Source: Candidatus Nomurabacteria bacterium (GTDB lineage: Bacteria; Patescibacteriota; Saccharimonadia; Saccharimonadales; CAIOMD01). Taken from it: a stretch of 64,000 bases of DNA. The stretch covers positions 329,049 to 393,048 of the forward strand of contig JACKGO010000001.1 of the NCBI GenBank assembly GCA_020631975.1, given 5' to 3'. Under the pieces are notes generated by a model. That model was not told the origin of the DNA. It was given only the letters and a program-made list of their open reading frames with translations, and ran no database searches. The position numbers and the translations under genes were made by a program. Shown here piece by piece: positions 62,900 to 64,000 of the stretch; the stretch's first letter is position 1, and each line of letters starts with the position of its first letter.

Positions 62900-63577
62900 T
62901 TAGTTAGCCCCTTCTGTTGCTTGTGTGTCTGTACTAGTTTCTTCGGCTAAGGCGCTTGCTTTAACGGCCACAAGATAGTTTTTTGTAGCAGTTCTATATG
63001 CTTTCAGTGCATCTTTAGCTGTATCTAAAGCTTCTTTGTAAGCTATGACGTTCTGGGTGACATCATCTATAGCGTTACAATCTATAGGCTCAGTAGAGAA
63101 AGTAGCTAATGCGTCTACGGCTTGCTGTGAGGCTGCACCGGCTTCTACAACAGTCATTTTAAGTGATGCACCATTCGTTAATTCTAAACTTCTCATTGAC
63201 ACAAAATTGTCAATTTTTTTGTTAAAATCGTTAAAAGTATTTTGATGTCTTTGGGCTGCAGTAATAGTAGATTTAAATTTATTCTGTAGTTCATTAGCTC
63301 TAGACTCACAATTTTTAACTCTTACTTCTACAGTTTTTGCTTCTTGCTTCTCTTTGGCTGCTTCTACTTGTTGTTTTGCCCGTTCTCTAGCCTCTTCTAT
63401 CTGTTTTTGATATTTTTCCTTTAATTCTTCGGCTTTTTTATTTCTCAATTCACTAATTGATTCCGCAGCGTTCTGCTCGGATTCTGCCTTGACGACAATA
63501 GGCATCGCTATTACTGATAGCGTAAGCAATAAAGCCATAAGTATTGATGTTACTGATACTTTTTTTGTCATATTCAC
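62900..63577 (-). CDS. Secreted/anchored coiled-coil protein, 225 aa
   Basis: Signal-peptide-like N-terminus (SILMALLLTLSVIAMPIVVKA) followed by E/K/A-rich helices. Confidence 0.6.
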   Translation of the reverse strand: MNMTKKVSVTSILMALLLTLSVIAMPIVVKAESEQNAAESISELRNKKAEELKEKYQKQIEEARERAKQQVEAAKEKQEAKTVEVRVKNCESRANELQNKFKSTITAAQRHQNTFNDFNKKIDNFVSMRSLELTNGASLKMTVVEAGAASQQAVDALATFSTEPIDCNAIDDVTQNVIAYKEALDTAKDALKAYRTATKNYLVAVKASALAEETSTDTQATEGAN

Positions 63578-63602
63578 ACGTTCCTTATTTAAGGTTATGC
63601 TT

Positions 63603-64000
63603 TTAGTGTACCAAATTAGTTAGTTTTTCCCATGGTAAGTTTTGCTTACCAAAGTGTCCATAGGTACTGGTTGCTTTATATATAGGTCTTCTTAAGTCCA
63701 GTTTTTCAATCACATTCTTAACAGAGCAATCTAAAAGATTATGCATCGCGTTACGTAAAGATTCTTCAGAAACGTGAGCAGTACCAAACGTATCAATTGT
63801 CTGAATAATTGGGGACTTCGCGCCAATATAATATGCTAAACACACTTCAGCCCTGTCGGCTAAGCCATTCGCAACTATGTTTTTGGCAATATATCTCGCT
63901 GCATACGCACCCGACCTATCGACTTTACTAGGATCTTTACCACTAAACGCTCCTCCGCCTACTTTTGCAGCACCACCATACGTATCTACGACTATTTTGC
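63603..64000 (-). CDS. metK: S-adenosylmethionine synthase, C-terminal part (5' end beyond the window)
   Basis: The frame is open to the window edge. It contains [36 protein letters not shown] and a C-terminal TSTYGHFG. Confidence 0.93.
   Translation of the reverse strand, partial: KIVVDTYGGAAKVGGGAFSGKDPSKVDRSGAYAARYIAKNIVANGLADRAEVCLAYYIGAKSPIIQTIDTFGTAHVSEESLRNAMHNLLDCSVKNVIEKLDLRRPIYKATSTYGHFGKQNLPWEKLTNLVH

Noticed and set aside
1-64000. Possible enrichment of the hexamer GTAGCG/CGCTAC across the window
   Set aside because: My eye count found about 40 occurrences on both strands, against about 31 expected for any hexamer in 64 kb. That is not meaningfully enriched. Only the specific gapped palindrome ACGCTA-N4-TAGCGT stands out.
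1-64000. CRISPR arrays, IS elements, integrases, prophage or toxin-antitoxin modules
   Set aside because: I noticed no regularly spaced direct repeats, no transposase-, integrase- or phage-like ORFs, and no terminal inverted repeats while reading the window.

Overview
The window is 64 kb and very gene-dense. I call about 62 protein-coding genes and one tRNA-Pro(UGG). I saw no rRNA, CRISPR array, transposase, integrase or obvious prophage. About 80% of the genes are on the minus strand.

Gene content:
- Information processing: radA, clpC, nusA, rnhB, rplS, dnaE, gatCAB, uvrB, pheST, rmuC, and the metK 3' end.
- A contiguous central-carbon block on the minus strand: fba, split transketolase, rpe, rpiB, gap, ppa.
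- A thiol-redox operon: nrdH-like, trxB, marR.
- One lone PilB-type ATPase.
- An exporter run of two ABC half-transporters and an RND permease.
- Many small proteins anchored in the membrane by an N-terminal helix.

This gene set, the split transketolase and the low-to-mid GC content suggest a reduced-genome Patescibacteria/CPR organism, possibly Saccharibacteria-like. That is inference only; no search was run.

The most unusual locus is about 820 bp of low coding density at 50092-50915, in an otherwise packed genome. On the minus strand, in order, it holds:
- a consensus-like promoter;
- a leader of about 180 nt with three mutually exclusive pairing arms;
- tRNA-Pro;
- a hairpin-dense segment that is GC-rich (about 50-65% by hand count, against about 37-48% in the flanks);
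- an unannotated 43-codon Cys/His-rich micro-ORF with CX2CX4HX4C (zinc-knuckle) spacing and a near-perfect Shine-Dalgarno;
- a compact three-way-junction-like fold;
- a 10-bp hairpin that sequesters the start codon of the first of two ABC exporter genes, which are followed by the RND permease.

Other notable signals:
- A perfect CIRCE operator overlaps the clpC promoter.
- An intrinsic-terminator-like hairpin sits in the nusA leader.
- The 16-bp palindrome ACGCTA-N4-TAGCGT occurs three times: on the -35 of the nrdH-trxB-marR promoter and as a tandem pair downstream of fba.
- A membrane-anchored protein with an RNxxxH (HEPN-like) motif is translationally coupled between gatA and gatB.
- A 100-aa membrane protein is coupled between the two transketolase halves.
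- A coupled cassette encodes a PfkB kinase, an unknown 419-aa protein and a LOG-like protein.
- An A6-tract frameshift appears to cut off the N-terminus of one gene.
- Many genes show a leaderless-mRNA signature, with a -10 hexamer 7-10 nt upstream of the ATG and no SD.

All calls come from reading the sequence and the ORF translations by eye. No alignments, folding energies or statistics were computed beyond simple hand counts.
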